This document shows, piece by piece, positions 20,202 to 30,673 of a DNA stretch of 64,000 nucleotides. The DNA is from a virus. Each line of letters opens with the position of its first letter. Position 1 is the stretch's first letter. The notes below the pieces were generated by a model that worked only from the letters and a program-made list of their open reading frames with translations, ran no database searches and was not told where the DNA came from. The translations under genes were made by a program, and so were the position numbers. Location: IMG/VR virus record IMGVR_UViG_3300032217_000845, positions 1 to 64,000 of that record; one strand, given 5' to 3'.

Positions 20202-22058
20202 TTATGCCCAGGCGCTTCCAACGTTAGTAACAGTTCCGTTACCAATAGGTCTAATAAAGATATATGAGCCTGCAGCTGCAATAAATGTATAGTCAGCTTC
20301 CACTCCAGTAGATGTGGCTGCTGGAGCAATCTCTACGCTACCTGTACCAGTTACACGGATGATACCTTTTACGTTATAGATTGAATATCTAGAAGTACCT
20401 GCGGTAGTAGCAGCAAGAACAGTGACAGTGGCGTTGTTGATATTTCTAAGAGTAGTTGGGGTTGATGCAGTAGCAAGGCTTGTTGTGTTGGTTGCAAGTG
20501 AGATTTGTTGATAGATAGTTGTAGTAGGTGACCCAGATACTGTAGTCAATAAGAATGAGTGGCTCTTTGCAAGGGCGCTTGTTCCAACAGCAGTAACGCT
20601 TGTATAAACGTTTAGTTCGAACTCGTAGGTTGTTCCAGCAATAAGTGTCAGACCAGTTGTAGCGCTTCCAAAAATAGGTTTTGCAGTAGCAGTGGCTGAG
20701 AAGTCGGCAGCGTAACTTCCATCAGAAACATAGTAGTAAGAAGCAACGTCGACTGCTCTACCAGTGGTGGCGTTAGGGGTTGAGTAGAAAGCTATTCCAT
20801 CAAATTCTCTTGCACCAACAGCTGGCGTAGTTAAAAGTGCAGGGCTAGTGTTTCCAAAGTATAGCGGTGCAGTGTTTGCTGTAGCAGTTCCAGAGCGAAG
20901 CGTTAGAGAGCCAGCTGTTATGCGGCCATAGAGGTTTAATAGCGTAGTATCTAGTGTTGCCGAGGCACCAATGTTTACAGTACTTGTTCCGCTAATAGAA
21001 GTGGCGGCTGCAATGTTTATAGTTTGGGCTGAAGAATTAGATAAGGCAGTAGAGCCAATGTTAATTGTTCTAGTATTTCCACTCAGTACGCTGTTACCAA
21101 TATTTGCAGTACTTGAGCCGTTATTGGCAATATATACTGTTGAGCCACCTCCTTGACCAATGCTTATTGATGCGCTAGAAGCAGTGCTAATAGTTAATGA
21201 TGTGGCTGCTCCAGCAAAGTTAACTGTTGTTGCTACTGTGTTTAGCAAATCAAATGATGTAGAACTGGTTATTAAGCTAGTTGTTACGTTAGGACTGGTA
21301 AGTACTGGACTGGTTGCAAATACAAGAGAGCCTGACCCAGTTTCATCAGAAATAACTCCTAACAACTGAGCAGAAGTTGTTGCTGCAAATTGAGCAAGTG
21401 TTCCTGAGGTAAGACCTAGACCTGTGGTCGGGTGAACGTGGTCTGCACGAGCAGCTGTAGTTGCCGTACCTACTGCAGCAGTACCATCGGCACTAGGGGT
21501 AGTTGAGCTTAGTCCAGTGATGCTATTAAAAGAGGTTGCTGAAACTGTTCCAGGGAAAGATGTGTTTCCAGAACCATCAAGTAGTGTTGCGGTTCTAGCA
21601 ATTGTTGTAAATACGCCAGTGTACTGTCTTACATAAATTGGCTCGGTGCCGTCATCGGCGGTTGCAAGTTCTACATAACCAGCGTTAGTGGCAGTTCCAC
21701 CAACAAGGATTCTGAACTGGTCATTATCGGCCATGTTTCCACGTACTAGTTCAGTGGTGCTAGTTCCTGTTACTGTACCAACTACCGATGATGCAGTACC
21801 GATTAAGTTAGTTCCAGCAGTTGCTCCACCGCCAGTAATGTCGATGTAGTAGCCACGAGCAGTTCCTCCTTGCTCGAAGAAACGAAGTTTATTTTGATAG
21901 ACATCAATAGTAACGCCACCAGAAATTGTTGTATTAGTTACAGCATTAGCAAGGAAGATTTCTCCACCCTCATCGCCAGCAGAAGCGTTGACGTTAAGTT
22001 TTCCTGTTGTAGAGATATCCCCTTCTACAGATACAGGGGTTTTAAACGAGCGAGCCAT
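20202..22058 (-). CDS. tail-fibre-like protein
   Basis: T/G/S/A-rich; AARADHVHP and DETGSGSLVFATSP fibre repeats; beta-helix-like INIG repeats. Confidence 0.75.
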   Translation of the reverse strand: MARSFKTPVSVEGDISTTGKLNVNASAGDEGGEIFLANAVTNTTISGGVTIDVYQNKLRFFEQGGTARGYYIDITGGGATAGTNLIGTASSVVGTVTGTSTTELVRGNMADNDQFRILVGGTATNAGYVELATADDGTEPIYVRQYTGVFTTIARTATLLDGSGNTSFPGTVSATSFNSITGLSSTTPSADGTAAVGTATTAARADHVHPTTGLGLTSGTLAQFAATTSAQLLGVISDETGSGSLVFATSPVLTSPNVTTSLITSSTSFDLLNTVATTVNFAGAATSLTISTASSASISIGQGGGSTVYIANNGSSTANIGNSVLSGNTRTINIGSTALSNSSAQTINIAAATSISGTSTVNIGASATLDTTLLNLYGRITAGSLTLRSGTATANTAPLYFGNTSPALLTTPAVGAREFDGIAFYSTPNATTGRAVDVASYYYVSDGSYAADFSATATAKPIFGSATTGLTLIAGTTYEFELNVYTSVTAVGTSALAKSHSFLLTTVSGSPTTTIYQQISLATNTTSLATASTPTTLRNINNATVTVLAATTAGTSRYSIYNVKGIIRVTGTGSVEIAPAATSTGVEADYTFIAAAGSYIFIRPIGNGTVTNVGSAWA

Positions 22059-22078
22059 AAGCTAATCCTATCACTCTA

Positions 22079-24370
22079 CTAGCCAATAACGACTACGCGG
22101 TACTCACTGCCTGTTAATGATGCTGAGTTGAAAGTAAGAGTTACTACAGAAGTGCTTGTAGCCACAACATCTACGTCTACTAGAGCATCTGTAGAAGTTT
22201 GGTATACAGCAACATGTACGTCTTTAGTTCCAAGGCTGTGAGTTACAGTCCATGTAATTACACCAGAAGCTGCGGTTAGAGCACCGTTTGATACTGCATA
22301 CTTCTTTGTGTAAGTTCCGGTGTCTTGTACAAGCTGTCCGCCAGTGCTTAGCTTTACAAAGCCTGATGTACCTACTGTAGGAAGTTTTACAGTTCCTGAA
22401 ATTGTAGTTATAGAATCGATTACACCAGTTGCACCAATACCAATTGTAGTACCGCTACCACCTGAGTTAGTTCCAATATTAATTGTTTGACTTGCGGTGT
22501 TGCTCATACCAGCAGCACCAATAGCAATTGTTCTAGTTTGAGTGCTGGTCATAGCACCTGTACCGACATTTATGGTGCCTAGGATGTCTGTACCTATGTT
22601 TAGCGTGGTAGCTGTTCCTACTATAAAGTCGAAGGAAGTGCTTGAGGTAGTAATGCTAGTAGTTACGTTAGGGCTAGTCATTGACTGAACACCAGTAAAT
22701 GTCTGGGCCGCGTCGATTCTAGCAATAGTTGCGCTAGTGCTAGGGAACGTCATTGTAGTTGAGTCAGTACCAGCAAGAGTTAAGGTGTTGCTTACAGTAA
22801 GAGTCTTTAGGTTGGCAATTGTTAATGTTGCACCAGACGCTGGCTGAGTAATTGCAACTCTGTTGATGCTTGTAGCAGTAGCTACTCCAAGAGATGGTGT
22901 AGTAAAGGAAGGGCTTACTAGTGGGGCATAGTCAGCAATTGTTGCATAAGCACCAGTACCTAGAGTTCCACCTCCACCAATAGCAAGTGTTGAACCGTCA
23001 GTAGCAGTAAGTGTAACTGTATTGCTTACTGTAAGAGTCTTGCTTGTGGTTCCACCAGCAACAGTAAATCCTGTAGCGGCTGCAGTCAAGCTAAGACCGT
23101 TGTAAGTCTTAGTAGTAAGTGCTTGGCTGCTAGCTAAATCTACAAGAGTAACAGTTCCAGCAGGGAGAGTGGCGTTAGTAGTTCCTGATACAGTCAGCGT
23201 TGTAGCATATGCACCTGCGGTAGTTAGGTTTCCACCTAGGGTAATGGTTTTACCAGAGTTTGCTACACCAGTTCCACCATATAGACCTGGAATAACGTTG
23301 GCAGACCAGGTACCAGTGGTGACATTGCCTAGAGTAACTATAGTTGTCTGACCTGCGTATGTTGAGGCAATATCGACAGTATCGGAGCCTACAGTAATAC
23401 GGTCAGTTGTACCTCCTACGTTTAGGGTGTTACCAGTTTTGGTAAGACCAGTACCAGCGGTAACTTGACCAAGACCAGTGAACTGAGTGAATGTAAGGGC
23501 AGTAGTTCCAACAGTTACTGTACCGTTGTTAGTAAGTACAAATCCGGAGTCTGCGTTATCTGTACCTTCCTCAACAAAGACTGCAAAAGCAGCTGATATT
23601 TCTGTTGCTGTGTCTGCATCAACTGCACGAGTAGGTGCTCCTGTTGCATTTACGGTATAAATACCGTTTTCTGAACCAGTAGTTTGGTCCTTAATAAGAA
23701 TGCGGTTTCCAGTAGCAAGCGTTACACCGTCAACAACGGAGCCATTAGCGTATGCCGAGGCTAGAGTTCCATTAGCAGTAGTGGCTGCACGAACAGATGC
23801 TTTCCAGTCGATTCCCTGTGCTGTTGAGTCAACGTATAGCTTGGTTGCTGCGTCTGAATCTGCTGTAGGAGTTCCAACGTTAGTAATCTTGTTGCCACCC
23901 ATAGACACGGTTTGTGTGGCAGCAATTGTCAAACCATTCAATATACCAACGGAAGTTAGAGATGATGAGACAACAGTTGCATTAAGTACTGTGTGAGTAA
24001 GAGTTCCAGCATTAGCGGTAACCGTAATCGCGGCAGAACCGTCAAAGTTAGTGCCGTTGATTGCACGAGGGGTTTGAAGAACAGTTGCATTGGCTGCAGT
24101 TCCCGTAAGGGTTGCGGTAATTGTGTTAGCGGCAAAGTTACCGTTTGCGTCACGAAGGACGATTGTTGATGCACCATTTGCTGTGGCCGGAGTACCTGTT
24201 GTAACTGCCAACCACGATGCGCCGTTCCAGAATTTTAGAGTTAGACCAGCGGTACTATAGTAGACTTGACCCTGGGCTGGGGATGCCGGGTCGCTTGCTA
24301 GATTCTGAATAGTGGCATTTTGCAACTCATTCTTGTTGAGGTCAATCGGTGTTAGAAATTTACGTGCCAT
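22079..24370 (-). CDS. tail-fibre-like protein
   Basis: DAATKLYVD, WKASVRAATT, RILIKDQTTGSENGIY, THSLGTKDV fibre motifs. Confidence 0.8.
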   Translation of the reverse strand: MARKFLTPIDLNKNELQNATIQNLASDPASPAQGQVYYSTAGLTLKFWNGASWLAVTTGTPATANGASTIVLRDANGNFAANTITATLTGTAANATVLQTPRAINGTNFDGSAAITVTANAGTLTHTVLNATVVSSSLTSVGILNGLTIAATQTVSMGGNKITNVGTPTADSDAATKLYVDSTAQGIDWKASVRAATTANGTLASAYANGSVVDGVTLATGNRILIKDQTTGSENGIYTVNATGAPTRAVDADTATEISAAFAVFVEEGTDNADSGFVLTNNGTVTVGTTALTFTQFTGLGQVTAGTGLTKTGNTLNVGGTTDRITVGSDTVDIASTYAGQTTIVTLGNVTTGTWSANVIPGLYGGTGVANSGKTITLGGNLTTAGAYATTLTVSGTTNATLPAGTVTLVDLASSQALTTKTYNGLSLTAAATGFTVAGGTTSKTLTVSNTVTLTATDGSTLAIGGGGTLGTGAYATIADYAPLVSPSFTTPSLGVATATSINRVAITQPASGATLTIANLKTLTVSNTLTLAGTDSTTMTFPSTSATIARIDAAQTFTGVQSMTSPNVTTSITTSSTSFDFIVGTATTLNIGTDILGTINVGTGAMTSTQTRTIAIGAAGMSNTASQTINIGTNSGGSGTTIGIGATGVIDSITTISGTVKLPTVGTSGFVKLSTGGQLVQDTGTYTKKYAVSNGALTAASGVITWTVTHSLGTKDVHVAVYQTSTDALVDVDVVATSTSVVTLTFNSASLTGSEYRVVVIG

Positions 24371-24381
24371 TTTCTAGTTTC

Positions 24382-24813
24382 CTATGTTAAGTAAGCGTAT
24401 CCGCTTAGAGCTTGAGAGATTGTAATAGTTATCTGATTAAGTGAATTGAAAGCTATATCTCCTTCAATTATGGTTCCAGCTGAATCAGTCATCACAACGT
24501 TTGGGTAAAAACCTAAATTGTGCGTAATTACCCAACTCAATGATACCGCATTCTGAGTATGGGTATAAGAGATAGTCTGTGAAGGACCGGCTGGTCCTTG
24601 GGGTCCTGTAGGTCCGGCTGGGCCAGCGGCTCCGGTTGGTCCCGCGGGTCCTGTGCTTCCTGCTGAACCTGTGGCTCCGGGTGGCCCTGGAATTCCTTGA
24701 GGCCCCCCCTGAGAAATCTCAATCTTAGTAATTTGCTCTTGAACAACAATCTTGTTCTGGTCGCGTTTATCGACTACTACTCTATTGGGTGTGTCATTAG
24801 TCTCTAGTGCCAT
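24382..24813 (-). CDS. collagen-like (Gly-X-Y) virion protein
   Basis: Gly-X-Y run (GPQGIPGPPGATG...) followed by W.ITHNLG.YP. Confidence 0.8.
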   Translation of the reverse strand: MALETNDTPNRVVVDKRDQNKIVVQEQITKIEISQGGPQGIPGPPGATGSAGSTGPAGPTGAAGPAGPTGPQGPAGPSQTISYTHTQNAVSLSWVITHNLGFYPNVVMTDSAGTIIEGDIAFNSLNQITITISQALSGYAYLT

Positions 24814-25184
24814 TAGCGAGTTACCTCTGCCTTAACTACGAAGTTACCTTCAATAAGACGGTCAACAACACCCCCGCCAGACACTATCTCTAGGTCATAA
24901 ACATAGATGGCTGGCACTAGGTTTGCTGTATCAGCAGCTGAAATGGTGAGGGTAATCTGGCCTTTGGTTGCAGCATTGCTGCCTAGGGTGATTCTAGAGT
25001 TGGCGGTAGTCAGCGTGATAATAGTAGTATTAGCTGCAACATTGCTACGAACATGCATTCTGGCACTAAATCCAGTTAAGTCGTAGGCGTTGTTAGCTGA
25101 ATCCTTCCAGGTGATAGTGCGGCTAAAGGTAGCACCCTGGTTGCATGTAAAGTTGTGAATGCCTGTAGGTCCACAGCAGCTCAT
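24813..25184 (-). CDS. fibre connector/baseplate-like virion protein
   Basis: QGATF...YDLTGFSARM.VR...YVYDLEI...RLIEGNFVV pattern. Confidence 0.65.
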   Translation of the reverse strand: MSCCGPTGIHNFTCNQGATFSRTITWKDSANNAYDLTGFSARMHVRSNVAANTTIITLTTANSRITLGSNAATKGQITLTISAADTANLVPAIYVYDLEIVSGGGVVDRLIEGNFVVKAEVTR

Positions 25185-25305
25185 GTTGCCTCGTTTCGGG
25201 GGGAGAGTAATCTCTTCTAGTTTACAACAGTATTGGCATTCTAATACTAGATAGCCAGGTGTATAGTGGATTTAGACATATACCGAGAAGACTTAGAGGG
25301 CTACT

Positions 25306-26304
25306 TTGATTTCTAGAACTATTCAGACTAAATACCCTAAGATTTCTGACTGGGGCGGTCAGACTAAGAAGTTTATGCAGCTTATGGACCCTGATGATAA
25401 ACGTTGGTCTGCATTCAACCCGTCTATTGGCTATTCGCCAGAGGTTGGCTATGCCATGACTATTCGTTCCAGTAACTATGTACTGAACAAGACTTCAGGA
25501 ACTGTAGACGTTACTGATGGCGGATTTGTAAAAAGTAAGGTATGGTTTGCGGACTTGGACCAAGACACTCTTGAAGTTACTGCGGTCCGTCAGATTCAGT
25601 TTGCCTACGACGAGTACCCACTTGTTCGTGGGATTGAGGACGCTAAGCTGTTCTGGCGTAATGGTTCTTGGTACTTCTCTGGAATTATGCTTGAAAGAGA
25701 GCACACAACCACTTGTCGAGTCTGCCTATATCAGTATGACCACGTAAACAACATTGCAACGCTAGTTAAGAAGTGGGAAGGTCCGGATATCTTTAGACCT
25801 GAAAAAAACTGGATGTTTTCCTACAATGAGAACCCTCACTTTGATGCTATCTACGGTGCTACTGGCATAGTCAAAAATGACAAGTTAATTGCAGAGTTTT
25901 TGAATGAGAAAAGTCTTGGAGGACTGAGAGGCAATACTAATCTTTGGGAACTAGAAGATGGCACCTATCTTGCACTAATGCACACTCTGTACTTAAAGAC
26001 AAGTACTTACTATGACCCTAGAACATTCGGCAATGCCACTGCTCAGCAAAGGCGTTACAGTCATCAGTTTGTAAAAATAAACCAGTACGGAAGCTTAATA
26101 GAGCTGTCTGAGGAATTTATCTTTGATGAATTGAACATTGAGTTTGCTGCTGGACTAGTTGAGAAAGATGGAAATTACATCATTACTTATGGTGCCAGAG
26201 ACGTTACGGCGCACATGGCAACGATTCCCGTAGAAGAAGTACATAAACGTCTGGCACCAATAGGAAATCTAGATGTCAACATGTATGTTCAACCTATGAA
26301 TTAA
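25306..26304 (+). CDS. five-bladed beta-propeller glycoside hydrolase/phosphorylase-like protein
   Basis: FNPSI, GIEDAKLF, EKNWM, LRG, IEFAAGL, ITYG..D. Confidence 0.7.
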   Translation: MISRTIQTKYPKISDWGGQTKKFMQLMDPDDKRWSAFNPSIGYSPEVGYAMTIRSSNYVLNKTSGTVDVTDGGFVKSKVWFADLDQDTLEVTAVRQIQFAYDEYPLVRGIEDAKLFWRNGSWYFSGIMLEREHTTTCRVCLYQYDHVNNIATLVKKWEGPDIFRPEKNWMFSYNENPHFDAIYGATGIVKNDKLIAEFLNEKSLGGLRGNTNLWELEDGTYLALMHTLYLKTSTYYDPRTFGNATAQQRRYSHQFVKINQYGSLIELSEEFIFDELNIEFAAGLVEKDGNYIITYGARDVTAHMATIPVEEVHKRLAPIGNLDVNMYVQPMN

Positions 26305-26305
26305 T

Positions 26306-26539
26306 ATGACTAATTTAGATGTTTTAGACAAAGAAGAAACTGATACCACTGATAGCAGTGATGAAGAGCAATTTGCTCATTACGCTGAATCCTCTGAAGT
26401 AACAGAGGGGTATATTATGGGAACTCCCGTAATAGCTCTCTGTGGAAAAATTTTTGTTCCCTCTAGAGACCCCAAGAAACTTAGGGTCTGCCCGATTTGC
26501 AAACAAGTTGTAGAGGCACTATTCTTGAACCACGAGTAA
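26306..26539 (+). CDS. DUF3039-like actinobacterial protein
   Basis: FAHY...G.PVIALCGKIFVPSRDP..L.VCP.CK. Confidence 0.8.
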   Translation: MTNLDVLDKEETDTTDSSDEEQFAHYAESSEVTEGYIMGTPVIALCGKIFVPSRDPKKLRVCPICKQVVEALFLNHE

Positions 26540-26611
26540 TACTCGACCTTTCAAGGTGGATGTATACTTGTAAAACATCAATAACTCCCCCTAAAGAAGG
26601 TATAACTACAT

Positions 26612-28645
26612 ATGTTCTCATTTAAACTAAATGAAGAGTTCGTGGCGGAGTACAAGCAAAAAGAATCACCTTTCGGATACAAAGATGCCGCTGGCAACTC
26701 TGTAGGCGAAATAACTTTCTTGCGCACGTACTCACGCAAAAAAGAAGACGGAACTAAGGAAACTTGGTCTGAAGTATGTGAGCGTGTGACTAATGGCACA
26801 TACTCAATCCAGAAGGACCACGCTAAGCAGAACCGCTTACCATGGTCAGATGCTAAGGCTGCTGCCTCAGCTAAGGAGTTCTTTGACTCCCTGTTCAATC
26901 TAAAGTGGTCTCCTCCAGGTCGTGGACTCTGGGTTATGGGAACCAACATTGTAAACGTTCAGAAGAACTCGGCTGCTCTGCAGAACTGCGCTTTTGTGTC
27001 TACTTTAGAAATGACTAAGGCAAACCCTGGTAAGCCTTTTGCGTTCCTTATGGAAGCATCGATGCTCGGTGTTGGTGTTGGGTTCGATGACAAGGGTGCA
27101 GATAAGAACTTTGAAATTTACACTCCAGGGGCTGCTCAGACCTACGTTATCCCAGATACCCGCGAAGGTTGGCAGGAGAGCACCGTTGCTCTAATTAACT
27201 CATACCTAAAAGCAGACCAAGCAAGCATTGAGTTTGACTACAGCGAGATTCGTCCTTATGGTGCAACTATTGCAACCTTTGGTGGAACTGCTTCAGGCCC
27301 AGACCCGTTGGTTGCACTACACGACAAGATTCGTGAAATCTTCAGTGGACGTGCTGGTCAGCTTTTGACTACTGTTGATATTGCTGACATTGGTAACCTA
27401 ATCGGTCGCTGTGTCGTATCTGGAAACGTTCGTCGTTCAGCTGAGCTACTAATCGGTCGTATTGATGATGACAACTTCTTGAACCTCAAGAATATTGAGC
27501 AGTTCCCTGCTCGTAACTCTTATGACTCTGAAAATCCTGGCTGGGGCTGGATGTCAAACAACTCGGTCATGGTAAACGTTGGAACTGACTTCTCAAAGAT
27601 TATTGACGGAATCATCCGCAACGGTGAGCCCGGAGTTATCTGGGAAGACGTATCTAAGGCTTACGGTCGTCTAGGTGACCCAATCAACAACAAGGACCAC
27701 CGAATCATGGGCTATAACCCTTGTGCAGAGCAGTCACTAGAGAGCTACGAAATGTGTACTCTTGTTGAGACTTACCTAAACCGTCACGAAAGCAAGGAAG
27801 ACTACCTTCGCACTTTGAAGTTTGCCTACCTTTACGCTAAAACTGTAACTCTTCTTCCTACACACTGGGAGGAGACAAACGCAATCATGCAGCGTAACCG
27901 CCGTATTGGAACCTCGATGTCTGGTATTGCTAACTTTGCTGACCGTAAGGGTCTGCCAGAGCTACGTACTTGGATGGACGAAGGCTATGCGGTTGTCAAG
28001 AAGTATGACGTTACATACTCAGAGTGGTTAGGTATCCGTGAGTCAATCAAGACCACGACTGTCAAGCCATCGGGTACTGTATCTATTCTTGCTGGAGAGT
28101 CTCCGGGCGTTCACTGGACTCCGGGTGGTAAGTTCTTCAACCGTGCAATCCGTTTTGGAAATGATGACCCTATGTTGGCATTGTTCAAGATGGCTAACTA
28201 CACAGTTGAACCAGACGTATCTAACCCAGACCACACAACGGTTGTCTACTTCCCAATCAAGTCAGATGCGGAACGTGCAGAGCGCGATGTAACTATCTTT
28301 GAGAAGATGGCACTGGCTGCAACTGCTCAGCGTTACTGGTCAGATAACTCTGTATCTGTGACAATCTCGTTTGACCCTGATACAGAAGCACAGCACGTTG
28401 AGTCTGTATTGCACATGTACGATGGTCAGCTAAAGACTGTGTCATTCTTGCCGTCAGGCAACATGACCTATCCTCAGATGCCGTACACACAGATTACAGA
28501 GGAAGAGTACAACGAGTCAGTATCTAAGTTGTTCCCTATCTCTCTTGACGGCATCTACCAAGGTCTCGGAGTCGAGGCTGTTGGAGAGGCTTATTGCGTG
28601 ACAGACGCCTGTGAAATTAAGTTGATTGTAGAGAACCAGAAGTAA
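26612..28645 (+). CDS. nrdJ: class II (adenosylcobalamin-dependent, monomeric RTPR-type) ribonucleotide reductase
   Basis: RTYSR, PPGRGLW, NCAF, GNVRRSA, NPCAEQ, VKPSGT, C-terminal CVTDAC; no beta-subunit gene nearby. Confidence 0.93.
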   Translation: MFSFKLNEEFVAEYKQKESPFGYKDAAGNSVGEITFLRTYSRKKEDGTKETWSEVCERVTNGTYSIQKDHAKQNRLPWSDAKAAASAKEFFDSLFNLKWSPPGRGLWVMGTNIVNVQKNSAALQNCAFVSTLEMTKANPGKPFAFLMEASMLGVGVGFDDKGADKNFEIYTPGAAQTYVIPDTREGWQESTVALINSYLKADQASIEFDYSEIRPYGATIATFGGTASGPDPLVALHDKIREIFSGRAGQLLTTVDIADIGNLIGRCVVSGNVRRSAELLIGRIDDDNFLNLKNIEQFPARNSYDSENPGWGWMSNNSVMVNVGTDFSKIIDGIIRNGEPGVIWEDVSKAYGRLGDPINNKDHRIMGYNPCAEQSLESYEMCTLVETYLNRHESKEDYLRTLKFAYLYAKTVTLLPTHWEETNAIMQRNRRIGTSMSGIANFADRKGLPELRTWMDEGYAVVKKYDVTYSEWLGIRESIKTTTVKPSGTVSILAGESPGVHWTPGGKFFNRAIRFGNDDPMLALFKMANYTVEPDVSNPDHTTVVYFPIKSDAERAERDVTIFEKMALAATAQRYWSDNSVSVTISFDPDTEAQHVESVLHMYDGQLKTVSFLPSGNMTYPQMPYTQITEEEYNESVSKLFPISLDGIYQGLGVEAVGEAYCVTDACEIKLIVENQK

Positions 28646-28863
28646 TGGTAACCGTATACAGCAACCCAAACTGCACTGCGTGTGAGCAGACTAAGCGATT
28701 CCTTACTGTAAAAGGCGTTGTCTTTGAGTCCAAGATGATTTCAGAAAGCCCTGAAGTCTTTGCTCTGATTGAGGAGAAAGGCTACACGGCTGCCCCTGTC
28801 GTAGTTGTCGGAGACGACAGCTGGTCTGGATTCCGTCTAGAGAAGCTAAGCACTTTAATTTAG
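28645..28863 (+). CDS. nrdH: NrdH-like glutaredoxin
   Basis: CTAC, APVV, WSGFR. Confidence 0.9.
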   Translation: MVTVYSNPNCTACEQTKRFLTVKGVVFESKMISESPEVFALIEEKGYTAAPVVVVGDDSWSGFRLEKLSTLI

Positions 28864-28882
28864 TAACCCTAGTAGCCACTGA

Positions 28883-28912
28883 GAGCCCCTTCTTCGGAAG
28901 GGGTTTTCTTTC
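28883..28912 (+). terminator. intrinsic terminator
   Basis: AGCCCCTTC-TTCG-GAAGGGGTT followed by a T-rich tail. Confidence 0.85.
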
Positions 28913-28931
28913 ATCCTATAGAATTGAACGT

Positions 28932-29126
28932 ATGCCTACATACAAATACAAGTGCTCCAATGACGCTGAGCATACTCAAACCGATACTCGTTCTATCACA
29001 GCTCCTGAGCCAGAGGACTTGATTTGCGCTGAAGAGGGTTGCGGAGGTACAATGAATAAAGTATTTGGAGCCCCTAACATCGAGTTCAAAGGTGGAGGGT
29101 GGAGTACCAAAGAAACTTGGCGATAA
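28932..29126 (+). CDS. FmdB-like zinc-ribbon protein
   Basis: MPTYKYKC...C..C...FKGGGW. Confidence 0.8.
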   Translation: MPTYKYKCSNDAEHTQTDTRSITAPEPEDLICAEEGCGGTMNKVFGAPNIEFKGGGWSTKETWR

Positions 29127-29141
29127 CTATATAGGAGCGAC

Positions 29142-29456
29142 ATGAACGACATCTTCCCGAAGGACTATCCAGACTTCCAGGAATTTGGAGACCCTCCTTG
29201 TGCAGAGTCGTTCCCAGATGCGTTCTTTCCGGAGGACGCTCCCGAAGGTAGCTTGAGTAAACGAGGCACCTACCTTTATGAAAGAGAAGCTAAGACTATC
29301 TGTAGCTCCTGCCCGTACATGCGTGCATGTCTAGAGTACGCCCTAAAGAATCCTGATTTGATGGGTATTTGGGGTGGCAGTAACGATAGAGAGCGAAAAG
29401 CCCTCAGGAAAGGCATTCGAATTACCCTATCTATGCCTCCTAGTCGTAATCGATAA
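29142..29456 (+). CDS. whiB: WhiB-family transcription factor (second copy)
   Basis: C...PDAFFP...AKTICSSCPY...CLEYAL...GIWGG. Confidence 0.92.
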   Translation: MNDIFPKDYPDFQEFGDPPCAESFPDAFFPEDAPEGSLSKRGTYLYEREAKTICSSCPYMRACLEYALKNPDLMGIWGGSNDRERKALRKGIRITLSMPPSRNR

Positions 29457-29480
29457 ATTGCGGTAGAATAGAAGTAGCTC

Positions 29481-29807
29481 TTGGGAGAGAGGGTCATTAA
29501 CCCTACTACTCTTTTGGGAGAAAACATGAACATTGCAAAAATGATTTTCAAGCGTACAATTGCGCTTGTAATCCTAAAAGTCAGTGCTGTTCTTGCTGCT
29601 GGTTCTATCGGTGGCGTTGAGCTTTGGCAGTCAGCCCTAATCGCAGCCTTTGTTGGAATTATGGAAGTTGCAGAATCGCTAGCTCGTGCTTACGTTGTTG
29701 ACGGAGTTCTAGACGAAGAAGAAATCAATGTTGCATTTGCTTCTTCAGCTGAAGCGGCTCTATCTGACACAAAGAAAAACAAAGTTTCTGACGACTCTGG
29801 TCTATAG
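29481..29807 (+). CDS. membrane protein (holin-like)
   Basis: Two hydrophobic helices; probable start at MNIAK after GGGAGA. Confidence 0.6.
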   Translation: MGERVINPTTLLGENMNIAKMIFKRTIALVILKVSAVLAAGSIGGVELWQSALIAAFVGIMEVAESLARAYVVDGVLDEEEINVAFASSAEAALSDTKKNKVSDDSGL

Positions 29808-29929
29808 TAACTAACTGACAGGTCCCTCCAAGTGATTGGGGGGATTTGTTGTTTTTGGTTTAGAGTTGTGTTAGCCTATCTTTGCTGCAACCCCGTGTGG
29901 GTGCGGAGCATTAATATTGGAGGAGCATC

Positions 29930-30163
29930 ATGGATTTTGAAGAGTGGCTTAAGTTTGGATTTGACCAAGGTTGGTGTGGTCCAGCAGTTTGCTATACGCA
30001 CGATGGGCTACCTACAACTCAGGCAGAAGACGAAGAGTTTGAAATGGGTGACCCATGCATTCATATTCTGCGTCTTTACGATGATGCTGAAGTAAAGCAA
30101 GCAGTTCAGGAAAACCACTCTCCGTCAGTGTGGCGTGCTACAAATAATGGAATTGATGTATAA
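29930..30163 (+). CDS. hypothetical protein
   Basis: GGAGGAG RBS; GWCGPAVCYTHDGLP. Confidence 0.7.
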   Translation: MDFEEWLKFGFDQGWCGPAVCYTHDGLPTTQAEDEEFEMGDPCIHILRLYDDAEVKQAVQENHSPSVWRATNNGIDV

Positions 30164-30174
30164 TAGGAGTTATT

Positions 30175-30309
30175 ATGGCAAAAGGTAAGAGTGGCGCAAA
30201 GGCAGTACCAGAGGTAAAAAGTTCTGGTAGACAAAATGGTAAGGCGTCTAAAAAGCGTCCTAAGGTTTTTGATAAAGAAAAGCGTAAGCTAGTAACAAAA
30301 CAAAACTAA
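30175..30309 (+). CDS. small basic protein (44 aa)
   Basis: AGGAG RBS; MAKGKSGAKAVPEVKSSGRQNGKASKKRPKVFDKEKRKLVTKQN. Confidence 0.6.
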   Translation: MAKGKSGAKAVPEVKSSGRQNGKASKKRPKVFDKEKRKLVTKQN

Positions 30310-30320
30310 ATAGTGAACAA

Positions 30321-30615
30321 GGGGATGACTGGTTTCGACAGTTGTCTTGATGTTAGTGAAGCAAGCAGAGATGACAGTATCTCTTGAATCTGTCAAAACA
30401 ATAAATGCTAATACATCTGCATACGCTCTAGCCGCGTGATTTAATCGCAACGCTTCGGCCCCTGACAAAGCACTAGTTCTAGGTGGGCAGTCAGGTTTTA
30501 AATAAGTAGAACAACCCCCTGCATTACCATTGCATTACCGTGGTTGGTAGAACCTAAGCTTGTAGAAGAATAACTGAATGTCCGCTGGACCGGGGTTCGA
30601 TTCCCCGCATCTCCA
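30321..30615 (+). ncRNA. ssrA: tmRNA; tag peptide (A)ANTSAYALAA
   Basis: 5' GGGGATG..GG.TTCGAC pairs with 3' CATCTCC-A with a G3:U wobble; T-arm CGGGG-TTCGATT-CCCCG; ATAAAT|GCT resume context; tag at 30407-30439 ends YALAA*. Confidence 0.95.
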
Positions 30616-30673
30616 CGCTTGTAGACAAAGGAGCGTAAAGCGGTCTACCCGTCCTAGGCAACGGAATCTTCAA

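Noticed and set aside
20202-24370. Diversity-generating retroelement acting on the fibre genes
   Set aside because: No reverse transcriptase in the window, and the shared segments differ at all base types rather than only at adenines
8454-28645. Inteins or introns in the polymerase, primase or RNR
   Set aside because: Protein lengths are ordinary, catalytic motifs are contiguous, and there are no intein terminal signatures or homing endonuclease ORFs
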